Positions 29,465 to 39,403 of a DNA stretch of 64,000 bases are shown in pieces. Position 1 is the stretch's first letter, and each line of letters opens with the position of its first letter. The position numbers and the translations under genes are program-made. The DNA is from an uncultured Gammaproteobacteria bacterium (GTDB lineage: Bacteria > Patescibacteriota > Microgenomatia > Curtissbacterales > GWA2-41-24): contig CAZBKB010000003.1 in the NCBI GenBank assembly GCA_964492425.1, positions 6,682-70,681 of the forward strand, given 5' to 3'. The notes below the pieces were generated by a model, which saw only the letters and a program-made list of their open reading frames with translations, ran no database searches and had not been told where the DNA came from.

Positions 29465-32400
29465 ACAATCGGGCTCACCCCGATTAGGCTTTGAAGAGTC
29501 AAGAGATATTTAGGCTCATATTTAAACACATTAGACGGGTAAATATTATTAATTGGCGATGTAAAATACCTGGCCATAGAAACAATACCCCCCTCTTCAC
29601 AGTCTACATACAAACCACCATTAATTGTCAAGGCGCCCGATGGGCCTACTCCAGCACTTGGAATATCTGAATCAAAAAAACCCTTTTTTGCAATATAAAC
29701 CCCGTCAACTCTTGTCACATCGAGCTCAACCGTAATGTTCCCACTCACAATAAATGTGGCTGTGCTTTGCGCGTCTGGAAGCACAACATTATCCGCAATT
29801 CTCAAGTTGCCGTCCACAATCATCACCAAATTGCCGGAAGGAAAAATATCAATATTGCTTAAGACTCGCTCTGTCGCCCTGCAAAGCTTAATGCCAACAC
29901 TCATACCGCAATTCTCAGGAGGAGCTTTTTCCATAAGCCGGGTGTAAAAATAGTCGTAAATTCCGCCACCGGGAACTTGAGGTTTTATGTAATTACCCAG
30001 AATCTTACTATTCCTAGAAGTAACTTTAGAATCTATACTCTGCGCCACAATAATATAATCAGATTGATATTTCATGTCTGGAGAGGGAATGTCAGCAGAC
30101 CTGAAACCAACCGAGATATTAGCGGCTGCTCCAATATCCCCCCCGACAGTTTCGAAAAATTTATCAACAGAAACGCTGTAAGTAAAACCTCCGGACCTGT
30201 TATTGGAAAAATCAGGATCTACCCCCGGACTTGGCAAAAATGAACACGACGGTACAACATAGGCATATGCGGTAGCTGAAGTCTCCACAGGGCCAACCGC
30301 AAAACTAACAGGTACCTCAGCAGTCCCTCCGGCGGGGATTGATCCAACGGCATATTCCTGGTTAACATTGTTTCCATCCCTGGGTGGCACGGCAACCCCG
30401 GACCCCGGACAAACCGGCAAGCCGGCACCGTTATAGAAGAAATAGAACCTTGTCGGAGCTGAAGCGGTCAGTGAATTATTTCTCACCTCAACCCTAAGGG
30501 TCGCATTACTGCCCAACTCAAACGTCTGTGTAACAACACCGGCATTATTTCTCCAGGAACCGGGAACTATACTTGCTGACAAATCATAAGATATATTCAC
30601 ACAGTTCAGCGTCGTAACAGCCGTTCCGGGCACAGTTGTAGAATTTGCCGGATAAATATGTGAACTGTCCCCAGTTGTATTACTATGTGCCTTAACACGC
30701 CAGTAATATGTTTTGCTATTGGCCGGCACAACCTGGTCTCCAGCAGTCCCTGGGTCCACATCGCTGCCTACAGTAGTATCCATTGTGTTTGCAGCAGACC
30801 ACACGAATGAAGGTGTAACCAAACCAGTACCACTTTTCTCGGCAGCGCTCCTATTAATAGTCTTTACCCCCCATGGGGATGGTAGTGTCGCACTTGTCCA
30901 GGCGGCACCGTTAACATCCAACCAGAAAAGGTCTTCAGTTGTCGAATTGTCTGTGAATGTAAAAGTCACAGTAGGTGCTCCCGCCGAACACCCGGCCACC
31001 GCCGACAATGCAGATGGGTTTGCAGGGCTAACTGTAACCGTAACCGAAGCCGATGTTGATCCACCAGCATTTGTGCAAGTCAGTGTATATGTTTTGTCTA
31101 CTGTCAGAGCCCCTGTTGATGCAGTGCCGTTGTTCATGGTAGACCAATTCCCCGCCGGCATATTAAGGGTATTGGTACAGCCAGTTGGAGAGCCTGATAT
31201 TGTCCAAGTTAAAGTTGATGCTGTATTGTAGGCAACTGGATTCGGGCTCGCAGTCAGTGTCACTACAGGCGCTGCTAAGGTTGTAAAGCTCATAACAGAT
31301 CCAAAAGCGGATCCGCTAGCGTTGCTTGCGATTGCACAATAGTAATACAGTGTACCAGTAGTTAAACCTGTAAGGCTTCGGCTGTATGAAACGGCTGCGG
31401 AACCTGAACCTAAACTGGTACCCCCGCTAAGTGGGGCTCGCGTGCCAAAAGTATCATTACAGTTCGCACCAGGGTTGGTTGAACTATAACGAAACCAGCC
31501 TGTAGTTGCAGCACCGTTTGGATTAGCGGACCCGTTTAAGGTTGCGGTGGTTGTAGTTATGCTGGTTGCTGCGGAAGTTGTAACCGTTGGTACTGGTGTG
31601 TAAGTATATGTTGCATATATTGAATATGTCGTGTTGCTTTGCGGTGTACCTGCCGGGGCAGTTGCAGGAAATGCAGTTCCCCAGGTTAAAGCAAAGTATC
31701 TGAAGTTATTAGTACCTCCAATACTATCCAGTTTTGGATTATTTAGATTATTATTTGTGCCGTTTGTCGTATACATCAGCCAGTAAGAAGCATTGGCATT
31801 TAGAGTTGCCGGAGTAACTGCAATCGTATTCCAAGAATTGGCAACCAAAGTCCCTGATGCAGAATTTGTAACTTTGGTTCCCGGTACGCCTGCATTATCG
31901 TTGTAAATTACCACCGCGTAGCTTTTGCTGCCTGCAGCACCAACATTTCCGACATACACTGACATACTGGTAACTGTTCCGGATGTAGAACCCATTGTAA
32001 ACCTGGTACCACCAACATTATTTTGATCACAACAATCAGAGAATGCACCAATGGAACCGTACCCAAATGTTCCAGTTGCAGCGACCTGGCCTTGTCTTGC
32101 AAAAGTCGCAGGTTCGGAAAGATTGCTTGCTAACTTATCATCACCCCCAAAAGGCCTTGTTACAGTTGGAGAAACTAAAGCCTGGAGAGGCTCCCAGAAA
32201 CTTTCAGACTTATCACCTAAGTAGATCACAAACGCCGCCGATGCACTCAAGCCTACAAAAATCAAAACCAAAACGAGACCTGCTATTCTTAGCTTACACT
32301 TAACTATAACTTTTTGTATTTTTTTTCTATCTTGGGCAGACTGAACCACTAAAAAAACTTCCTCTAATTTGATGGTAGAGTAGCCATACCTGGGTGTCAA
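29443..32400 (-). CDS. Giant membrane-anchored/secreted surface protein (985 aa) with FN3-like repeats, paralog of 25038..28625
   Basis: N-terminal TM LRIAGLVLVLIFVGLSASAAFVIY. FN3-like module TLNGSANPNGAATTGWFRYSS...YYYCAIASNASGSAFGSVMSFTT, also found three times in 37664..39403. C-terminal domain shared with 25038..28625. Confidence 0.6.
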   Translation of the reverse strand: MTPRYGYSTIKLEEVFLVVQSAQDRKKIQKVIVKCKLRIAGLVLVLIFVGLSASAAFVIYLGDKSESFWEPLQALVSPTVTRPFGGDDKLASNLSEPATFARQGQVAATGTFGYGSIGAFSDCCDQNNVGGTRFTMGSTSGTVTSMSVYVGNVGAAGSKSYAVVIYNDNAGVPGTKVTNSASGTLVANSWNTIAVTPATLNANASYWLMYTTNGTNNNLNNPKLDSIGGTNNFRYFALTWGTAFPATAPAGTPQSNTTYSIYATYTYTPVPTVTTSAATSITTTTATLNGSANPNGAATTGWFRYSSTNPGANCNDTFGTRAPLSGGTSLGSGSAAVSYSRSLTGLTTGTLYYYCAIASNASGSAFGSVMSFTTLAAPVVTLTASPNPVAYNTASTLTWTISGSPTGCTNTLNMPAGNWSTMNNGTASTGALTVDKTYTLTCTNAGGSTSASVTVTVSPANPSALSAVAGCSAGAPTVTFTFTDNSTTEDLFWLDVNGAAWTSATLPSPWGVKTINRSAAEKSGTGLVTPSFVWSAANTMDTTVGSDVDPGTAGDQVVPANSKTYYWRVKAHSNTTGDSSHIYPANSTTVPGTAVTTLNCVNISYDLSASIVPGSWRNNAGVVTQTFELGSNATLRVEVRNNSLTASAPTRFYFFYNGAGLPVCPGSGVAVPPRDGNNVNQEYAVGSIPAGGTAEVPVSFAVGPVETSATAYAYVVPSCSFLPSPGVDPDFSNNRSGGFTYSVSVDKFFETVGGDIGAAANISVGFRSADIPSPDMKYQSDYIIVAQSIDSKVTSRNSKILGNYIKPQVPGGGIYDYFYTRLMEKAPPENCGMSVGIKLCRATERVLSNIDIFPSGNLVMIVDGNLRIADNVVLPDAQSTATFIVSGNITVELDVTRVDGVYIAKKGFFDSDIPSAGVGPSGALTINGGLYVDCEEGGIVSMARYFTSPINNIYPSNVFKYEPKYLLTLQSLIGVSPIVWREVEP

Positions 32401-32406
32401 GGAAAT

Positions 32407-32661
32407 TCAGAAGCCGTATGGAGAGTATTTACCACCAACAACAGGAGTTGCTGCCGTAAGTAACCCCTTTTGCAATAAAAATAAAGTAATTAAAAGAAAA
32501 AGTGCAACAACCGCAGCCAAAATTACCAGTCCGTTTTCCCTATAAAAATTCTTCTTCGTCAGACCGGGCGCGATATAGTATGGCGTTATATCAGCCATTC
32601 TTCTGTCAAAACTCTGCAATGTCGAAAGAGGCGGTACTCCGGCGATAACAGAATCAGGCAT
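32407..32661 (-). CDS. Small membrane protein
   Basis: 84 aa, one TM (LVILAAVVALFLLITLFLL). Confidence 0.3.
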   Translation of the reverse strand: MPDSVIAGVPPLSTLQSFDRRMADITPYYIAPGLTKKNFYRENGLVILAAVVALFLLITLFLLQKGLLTAATPVVGGKYSPYGF

Positions 32662-32744
32662 AACTTAAGCCTAAACCATTAAAACAAAAATATCAATAAA
32701 TCGCCGGCAAACAACTATAAGATAAATATTGTCTAAACTATAAG

Positions 32745-34292
32745 CTAATTATTTAATGGCGAGAGCTCATAGGTACAAAAACGTGGTTCAGCGATATATA
32801 CTCGGTTTCCTACAACCTCAAAAATGACATAAGGTTCAGCGGCACCTGTATAAAGATCAAATCTTTTAAAACCTAACCTTCGTCCGTGGGCGTCTGTCCA
32901 GTTATGGACAAAACCTACAAGAATTTTAAACCTTTCTCTCTGATAACCTTGTTGGTAATTTAGGTACATCTCCCTGGTCAATCGCTTTGGGACACCACCG
33001 GGGATGGGCCAATTGACGTTAACATCATACGTTTGCCCTTCATCCATTTCCAAACTGCATCGCTGAAGGATTCTTAAGTCAGCCTTATGGCTGTAAAGCC
33101 CAACTTCGTTAAATCGACCAAATTCCAGATTTTCAGGAACCTGCATGTTATACGCCGCTTCAAGATCAGCGGGAGTACCGGATAAAAGGTGATTTATAAA
33201 TTCCCAAGCCATATTGTAACTTTCCTCCTCGGCAAGCCTTGCCCATGCTTCACGCTGCGACGGATTGTATGGGTCGAGTCCCCGAATCCGGTCAACTGCT
33301 CCCCCGGGTGGTGAAGTAAGACCAGATTCCCATGGCGGCGAGACAGGGTCAACGGTAATTGGCCCCAAGGTTGGCACCGGAGCCATTGTCGGCCTCATTT
33401 CAACTGTCGGCGCAAGCTCGGCATCGGAATTACTCCAGCGGATATCATTTCTTATTATCCCGCCACATAATTTGATCGACTCCTCACCCGGTCCGCATCG
33501 TCGTCTGTCTGCAGTCCTTGCATCATCCTGGTCCTGATACATAATTCCCTTATAATCAGTCCCCGCTCCTTCTATAGTCCACCCCGACATAACAATCCTA
33601 TCTATCTCAATGGGCTTTCCGTTAAGTTCTCCGTAAAAATGCAGATGCTGGCCTTCTGTAGTACCCCCGGGAGGCGATTCACACGAAACATAACCAAGAG
33701 CATCTCCCTGCTCCACATACTGTCCTATTTCAACCAATATATTATCAAGGTGCATATAACCCGAAGTAAATTCCTCCCCATGGTCAATTTCGACAACACT
33801 GTGGAACTTATCAGCTGTATCATTTTCATTGCCAACAGCAGTCACTTCCCCGTTTGCAATGGCCCGAACAGTTTTTTCCATGTAAGGATTACTCCCAGGA
33901 CAAGCCCGCCGCACTCCAGCTGGTGTTACGTCAATTGCATACTTTACACCATTTGATAATGCGTCACTATGCGGGCCGCCTGTATACCACCACGTTTCAT
34001 ACGGACTAAACGGCAATATCAAGCTATATTTCAACCTCCCTTGAAGGTCAGATGTCTTCGGGGTATCCTCTTCCCCGCATACGGCACCGCCGTATACGGC
34101 AGCAGCTACTGCCATAGCAGTTGGAGTAATGTAGCGGGCAAGTTTCTTTGGTAAATATTTTGTAATATCAGGAAAATTTAACTTTCCGGGGCGATTTACA
34201 GCCTGTTCCGCTGCAACAGCCAAACCAACATTAGCGTCAATGTTGCCTCTCAAATCTTCATGAGGAAAAATTCCATCCTCTTTCATACGCAA
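32745..34292 (-). CDS. M23 family metallopeptidase (LytM-like) with extra domains
   Basis: HGEEFTSGYMHLDNILVEIGQYVEQGDALGYV...GQHLHF motifs (HxxxD ... HLH). Confidence 0.7.
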   Translation of the reverse strand: MRMKEDGIFPHEDLRGNIDANVGLAVAAEQAVNRPGKLNFPDITKYLPKKLARYITPTAMAVAAAVYGGAVCGEEDTPKTSDLQGRLKYSLILPFSPYETWWYTGGPHSDALSNGVKYAIDVTPAGVRRACPGSNPYMEKTVRAIANGEVTAVGNENDTADKFHSVVEIDHGEEFTSGYMHLDNILVEIGQYVEQGDALGYVSCESPPGGTTEGQHLHFYGELNGKPIEIDRIVMSGWTIEGAGTDYKGIMYQDQDDARTADRRRCGPGEESIKLCGGIIRNDIRWSNSDAELAPTVEMRPTMAPVPTLGPITVDPVSPPWESGLTSPPGGAVDRIRGLDPYNPSQREAWARLAEEESYNMAWEFINHLLSGTPADLEAAYNMQVPENLEFGRFNEVGLYSHKADLRILQRCSLEMDEGQTYDVNVNWPIPGGVPKRLTREMYLNYQQGYQRERFKILVGFVHNWTDAHGRRLGFKRFDLYTGAAEPYVIFEVVGNRVYIAEPRFCTYELSPLNN

Positions 34293-34606
34293 ATTTTATA
34301 TAAACCGAAAGGCTTCTCTTGTCAACGAGGGAATGGGTCATAAACTGCCCGCAAACTTGTCACACAAAGATTCATCGTGGTGGAAGCTTATGCGACATAA
34401 GGTTCAGGCTTTACCTCATTTCGGTTATACGAATCTACAAATCTATTCTACCCGACTACCGACCTTATTGGCCCATCGACCATACCGACCACCACATTAC
34501 AAATCAAAATATATCAAACAGTTATTTTTATATATCCTTTATGTTCTATTTTTTGTCTTTGACTTTTCCCCCCACTCTGTTAAAATTCTCACAACAGAGC
34601 CAGTTT

Positions 34607-35818
34607 ATGAAAAAATTGGGACAATACAGAGTCGCTTATTCAATAATAGTCTTAGCCACAGTCGCCATCCTTGCAACTATTGCCATATTTTACGCAAGGG
34701 GTTTTAAACCAAACCTCCAAAATGGCACAATAGACAGAACCGGGCTCATAGTCGCCAACTCCACACCTACCGGTGCAAACGTTTACATAGACGGACGTCT
34801 AGCCTCTGCAACTAATACGACTATAACTTACTTAGAACCTAAAACCTATCAGATCAGGATCGAAAAAGACGGTTATTCACCCTGGGAAAAAAGCGTCGAA
34901 ATCAAAGAGGACCTGGCAACAGAAATCCATGCCCTTCTCTTCCCGCTAGCGCCCGAAATAAAACCGTTAACCATCACTGGCGCAGTAAACCCCACTCTTT
35001 CCCCGGACGGCACTGAAATCGCCTATGGCGTCTCGGGAGAAAAAGGCGGGATTTGGATATTACCAATGGAATCCAGTCCATTCTCGTTTCGCCAAAATGC
35101 AAGGCAGGTTGCCAAGAATACAAGCAAGTTTGACTTCTCAAAAAGCACCTTTATTTGGGATCCAGATTCAAAACAGCTTATCACCCGTTTTGTTGACTCA
35201 AGTGGAAATGCAACTGCCAACTTGCTGCTGGACACTGAATCGGCAAATCAGGAGCCCAGAGATATCACAGCTTCACTAACTGCAACGCTTGCCAGTTGGC
35301 AGCAAATTATAAACGAACGCACCCAAACTGCGACATTAAATGTCCCAGATGCAGTCAAAAACGCCACAGCATCCGCATCCGTTGCTTCACCATCACCGGC
35401 ATCAACATCAAAACCGACAGCCAGCCCCGCTCCGAAAGCAATTGTAAATACATTAGTTCTTAATTATTTCCCAACAGGCATGATACTTTCTCCCAACGAA
35501 GAAAAAATTCTATACAAAAATAACGAGGGTAAATACAAAGTTTACAATTTAAAGGAAGAGAAAGAATTCACCCTGCCGGACTTGCCCCAAATAATTAATA
35601 TTTCATGGTTTCCTGATTCTGACCACCTGGTAATTGCCCAAAACGGTTCAATTTCCATAATCGAATCAGACGGTACAAATAACATAACAGTTTATACAGG
35701 AAAATTTGAAAACGGTTTTGTATTTGCCCACCCTTCGGCAACCAGGCTAATAATACTCACAACTCTTACACAGCAGGAAAGTTCCCCCGCTAACCTCTAT
35801 TCAATAAACCTTAGATAG
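34607..35818 (+). CDS. Membrane-anchored PEGA-domain protein with TolB-like (PD40) beta-propeller repeats
   Basis: In-frame ATG at 34607 with MKKLGQYRVAYSIIVLATVAILA (TM). The listed ORF starts upstream at 34319, which is unlikely. PEGA domain STPTGANVYIDGRLASATNTTITYLEPKTYQIRIEKDGYSPWEKSVEI. PD40-like LSPDGTEIAYGV. Confidence 0.55.
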   Translation: MKKLGQYRVAYSIIVLATVAILATIAIFYARGFKPNLQNGTIDRTGLIVANSTPTGANVYIDGRLASATNTTITYLEPKTYQIRIEKDGYSPWEKSVEIKEDLATEIHALLFPLAPEIKPLTITGAVNPTLSPDGTEIAYGVSGEKGGIWILPMESSPFSFRQNARQVAKNTSKFDFSKSTFIWDPDSKQLITRFVDSSGNATANLLLDTESANQEPRDITASLTATLASWQQIINERTQTATLNVPDAVKNATASASVASPSPASTSKPTASPAPKAIVNTLVLNYFPTGMILSPNEEKILYKNNEGKYKVYNLKEEKEFTLPDLPQIINISWFPDSDHLVIAQNGSISIIESDGTNNITVYTGKFENGFVFAHPSATRLIILTTLTQQESSPANLYSINLR

Positions 35819-35830
35819 TTCGTAGACAGG

Positions 35831-36514
35831 CTATTCACCCCCCACTGCACTTGCCGGTTTTGCGATAACCAACAGCCTTTTCCAGGTTGTTCCCGGTGGA
35901 TAACATGTTTGCAATACCAGAATTTGCTCTTGTGTCACAAGCGTAAAATAACTGACATCCTCCGGTTCAGTTATCTTTTTTTCCGTAACTTTATAGTTAA
36001 ACCTCTTGTTATTAAAAAACACTACAACATCATCCCCCGCCACTAAATCATTCAAAAGATAAAAAATCGCATTATACCTGGGAACGTTAAATATCGTATC
36101 TGTTGAATGAGCAAATAAGTATGTAACACCCGCCTGCCCCGGGAAAGACGTACCTAAGGCGTGTGCCACACCGCGCTTGAGAGCTTCATTATAAACTGCT
36201 TTATTAGAAGCATCTACATTGGGAATAACAGGTGCATCTGCTCCAATCTTTTCAACGATTATCGAAAAATTCGGGTCTTTTGGCACCAATAATTTTACAT
36301 TCTCATCTTCTCTACCCAACAAAGATCCGAACGACCGGCCACCACCCGAAGCCGACTGTGCCACTTCAAACTTTTTACCAGAAATACCGTCAATAGCATG
36401 ACCAATATACGCACCCATAACCGGCCAAAAAGTAAAACCTATGGCAACAAAAGCGCCAATAACTAAAAAGTTTCCGATGGTCCTGACCAAAAGGACTTTT
36501 TTGTCAATTCGCAT
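35831..36514 (-). CDS. Sortase family transpeptidase
   Basis: N-terminal TM. Catalytic His (TYLFAHST), Cys (LVLQTCYPPG, TLxTC-like) and Arg (KRLLVIA). Confidence 0.65.
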   Translation of the reverse strand: MRIDKKVLLVRTIGNFLVIGAFVAIGFTFWPVMGAYIGHAIDGISGKKFEVAQSASGGGRSFGSLLGREDENVKLLVPKDPNFSIIVEKIGADAPVIPNVDASNKAVYNEALKRGVAHALGTSFPGQAGVTYLFAHSTDTIFNVPRYNAIFYLLNDLVAGDDVVVFFNNKRFNYKVTEKKITEPEDVSYFTLVTQEQILVLQTCYPPGTTWKRLLVIAKPASAVGGE

Positions 36515-36611
36515 AGGGATATAGATTATTATAGAAGGTGAGCGTTAAATTTAAAAACCGACACATAGCAGGTTGTGCGAAGCGCAAGGCTGATATATAA
36601 TCTGGCAACAT

Positions 36612-36685
36612 GCGCCCGTAGTTCAACTGGATAGAACAGTCGCGTCCTAAGCGATCGGTTACAGGTTCAAGTCCTGTCGGGCGTA
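36612..36685 (+). tRNA. tRNA-Arg (anticodon CCU)
   Basis: Manual cloverleaf. Acceptor GCGCCCG/CGGGCGT. D-arm GTTC-AACTGGATA-GAAC. Anticodon stem GTCGC/GCGAT with loop GTCCTAA. Variable loop CGGTT. T-arm ACAGG-TTCAAGT-CCTGT. Discriminator A. 74 nt. Confidence 0.75.
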
Positions 36686-36788
36686 CAAATTATAATAAAA
36701 GGAGTTCGCTTCCAGGTAAAGCGAAGACTCTCGAAAGCAGCTCCATCCTAAATTACATAGGCGATAATTCAGTAGAGCCAGTAGTCAA

Positions 36789-37220
36789 TTAACAGCCGGA
36801 AGTACGGGTATACTTTTGATCTAACTCGATTTGAGATACAGACATATAGATTATCTTTAAGCTGCAAAGCGATTCCAAACTCAGCGTGTTTTTAAGCGAA
36901 AGCTGTGCAGCCAATTTATTGTCGATATAAACAGGCAGCGTCGAGCCCTCTACAAAAACGTAATACAAATTAGAATCGCTTGCATAAGTAATTTTGTAGC
37001 TGTCTGTCACCAGGGGGAAATTGGCTGTATTCACAACAACTTTATCCTTAAAAAAAGGCTTAAAAGTTACGCTAAGGCTCGCCTTATTAAGCGAATTTGG
37101 ATAATAAATGAGAGTAAAATAAACAAGAACAGCAAAAAAAACCAGAATTAGCCCCTGGAATGCTACCATCATTGGCTTGTGAATACCCTCTTCCAACTTA
37201 ATACCCCCTTGAAACCGCAA
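36789..37220 (-). CDS. Hypothetical membrane protein (TTG start)
   Basis: TM LILVFFAVLVYFTLIYY. No recognisable domain. Confidence 0.3.
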   Translation of the reverse strand: MRFQGGIKLEEGIHKPMMVAFQGLILVFFAVLVYFTLIYYPNSLNKASLSVTFKPFFKDKVVVNTANFPLVTDSYKITYASDSNLYYVFVEGSTLPVYIDNKLAAQLSLKNTLSLESLCSLKIIYMSVSQIELDQKYTRTSGC

Positions 37221-37531
37221 ACTGATGAAGAGATAGCAAAAGCGCGATAAACGTAAAAACTAAAATAGCCAAAGAAACGACAGGATCCAAAAGGAAACCG
37301 GTAAATGAATTGTCCCGACCAAAATGCCTCCTCCCAGGCTCCTGGAAACTGCGGCTTTTTTTCTTTTTCATGGGCAGGCTTAATTTAAGCTTATAACTTT
37401 AGCTTTACCCGTGTCAAACACAATACATCGTTACACATAGTTACATTGTTATATTGATATATTGGTTCTATAAAAAAGTTCTTAGACAATCTAACCATCT
37501 ATCCAACTATCTAACTAACTAACTAATAAAG

Positions 37532-37603
37532 TCGGGGTGCTGGGAATTGAACCCAGTGTCTCTCCGTCCCGAACGAAGCGTGTTACCGATACACTACACC
37601 CCG
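37532..37603 (-). tRNA. tRNA-Pro (anticodon CGG)
   Basis: Read on the reverse complement. Acceptor CGGGGTG/CACCCCG (C1-G72). D-arm GTGT-ATCGGTA-ACAC. Anticodon stem CTTCG/CGGAG with loop TTCGGGA (U33, CGG, G37). Variable loop AGACA. T-arm CTGGG-TTCAATT-CCCAG. Discriminator A. 72 nt. Confidence 0.8.
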
Positions 37604-37663
37604 CAATAACAATCTAAAATTCCTTAGGGAATTATACCAACTTTTAAAAATGAAGGGAGTTGA

Positions 37664-39403
37664 TTACAGACAATTAGTACTGACTTGGGCAAGAAGTACA
37701 GATACATCCTGCAAGGTAACCGAACCATTAGGTGGACCCGACCTCCATGGCTGGCCCGGGAATGGACTTGGAGTTCTGTCATACTCTCGACCATCTGCAA
37801 TACCATTTCCATTAAAATCACTATTGTACCTCATCCCGACAGCATTAGGTTGGCCACCATCGACAGTGCCTACGTAATAAAGAGCTGCAAGCACATCACC
37901 AAGGGTAACTGCCCGGTTTTTTGGCGAATTTGGGCTGGAAGCAGATAGATTGGGCACTGGCACATCACCAAAATCCCACGGGTTATTTGGGTCTCTTTGG
38001 CCGCCAAGCCTCCAGTTCCCTCCAAGCTCCTTGGCATCACTGCAGCCATCACCATCTGTATCTGCCAAAACTGTCGGAGTTGTAAAACTCATAACAGACC
38101 CAAGACCAACTCCACCGCCATTGGCGGCAATTGCACAATAGTAATATGTGCTTCCAGAGGTCAAACCCGCAATTGGCTGGTTGTACGCAACATCACTTGT
38201 CCCCGCACCCAAGAGGCTCACGTCAGTCTTAGTACCGAAAGTGTCATTGCAATTTTCCCCCGGACTAACTGAATCATATCTAAACCAACCGCCTGTTGCA
38301 TCGCCATTTGGATTAGCAGTTCCATTTAAAGTTGCAGAAGTTGAAGTAAGATTTGTCTGAATATTTGTGATAACAGTCGGTGCAGGCTGTGAAAGCGTAT
38401 CAAAGCTCAAGACGGTGCCGAACCCGTAACCACCCTCGTTCCTTGCGATCGCACAGTAAAAATATTGGGTGGAAGAGTTTAGGCCATTAACCGCTTTGCT
38501 ATACGCAACCGCGCTTGTGCCAGCACCCAACGAAGTTACCGGACTCGTTGCAGTACCAAACGTGTCGTCGCAAGTACCCGGATCAACAGTGTCATATCTA
38601 AACCATCCGTCAGTAGCACTATCATTTGGATTACCACTGCCGTTCAAAGTTGCCGCAGAAGTTGTAACACCGCTCACAGCAGAAGTTATAACTGTCGGCG
38701 GAGCCGCAGCCAGCACATCCGGCTCAAAGTCATAAGTTGTACCATTAATGGTAAGGTTGTCCACATTACCGTCAAATACCTCTGGGGTTGATCCAGGCCC
38801 AATTTCCAACCTGAACCCACCCGTACCATCTGCCCTATTAACAATTACTGGCGAAGAAGAAAAAGTGTTTACAAACGCAACATACTCAGAAAGTGTTCCG
38901 CCGGTAAATCCGGGGAAAATACTCGAAGTCCAAGCACCTGATTCAGTATCCCATGTTTGCCATTGACCAGGTTGTTCTGCCCGTGCTTGTTCTTCAGGAT
39001 CAAAACGAACCACATCAGTACCATAATCAGTCGTCACGTCTATCAAAACAACCGGATATTTGTTCCCATCCGCAACGCTGGAAGCAAAGGTAGAGTAATC
39101 CAAATTGGTTACACTTGAAAGTTGGGTACCTGCAAAACTAGTACGGTGTACCGCTATTCTTGAATTACCATGAGTCCCCGTAAACAACCTTACGCTACCA
39201 GTACCAAGTGGTGCGATATCCGGACCGGTTACAAACGTACCGGATCCATCCGGGCTCTGAACCTGGAATGCCCAACCATTCATATTACCTTGTGAAACGA
39301 CAGTAGCCGCAAGAACCTGGTTGACAACAAGGGTTAGGACTAAGACAACAGAAAGTATAGGCAGTGCGAGAAGCTTAAATATTATATTCGCGTCTTTCTT
39401 CAT
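37664..39403 (-). CDS. Secreted protein with 3 FN3-like repeats and a C-terminal TSP3/dockerin-like Ca-binding module
   Basis: Signal peptide. Three repeats of the TLNG..NPN..T.GWFRYD...C.DTFGT...YYCAIA.N.GG.G.G.V.SF.T type. C-terminal DTDGDGCSDAKE and DFNGNGIADG aspartate-rich loops. Confidence 0.55.
   Translation of the reverse strand: MKKDANIIFKLLALPILSVVLVLTLVVNQVLAATVVSQGNMNGWAFQVQSPDGSGTFVTGPDIAPLGTGSVRLFTGTHGNSRIAVHRTSFAGTQLSSVTNLDYSTFASSVADGNKYPVVLIDVTTDYGTDVVRFDPEEQARAEQPGQWQTWDTESGAWTSSIFPGFTGGTLSEYVAFVNTFSSSPVIVNRADGTGGFRLEIGPGSTPEVFDGNVDNLTINGTTYDFEPDVLAAAPPTVITSAVSGVTTSAATLNGSGNPNDSATDGWFRYDTVDPGTCDDTFGTATSPVTSLGAGTSAVAYSKAVNGLNSSTQYFYCAIARNEGGYGFGTVLSFDTLSQPAPTVITNIQTNLTSTSATLNGTANPNGDATGGWFRYDSVSPGENCNDTFGTKTDVSLLGAGTSDVAYNQPIAGLTSGSTYYYCAIAANGGGVGLGSVMSFTTPTVLADTDGDGCSDAKELGGNWRLGGQRDPNNPWDFGDVPVPNLSASSPNSPKNRAVTLGDVLAALYYVGTVDGGQPNAVGMRYNSDFNGNGIADGREYDRTPSPFPGQPWRSGPPNGSVTLQDVSVLLAQVSTNCL

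Noticed and set aside
30713-31231. 172-aa plus-strand ORF inside the giant surface-protein gene
   Set aside because: Antisense to a clearly homologous, paralog-supported coding region. Low-complexity V/A/T composition typical of antisense frames.
34319-34606. Upstream 96 codons of the listed ORF 34319..35818
   Set aside because: Cys/His-rich and low-complexity with no RBS. The internal ATG at 34607 gives a protein that starts with a typical K-rich N-terminus followed by a TM helix.
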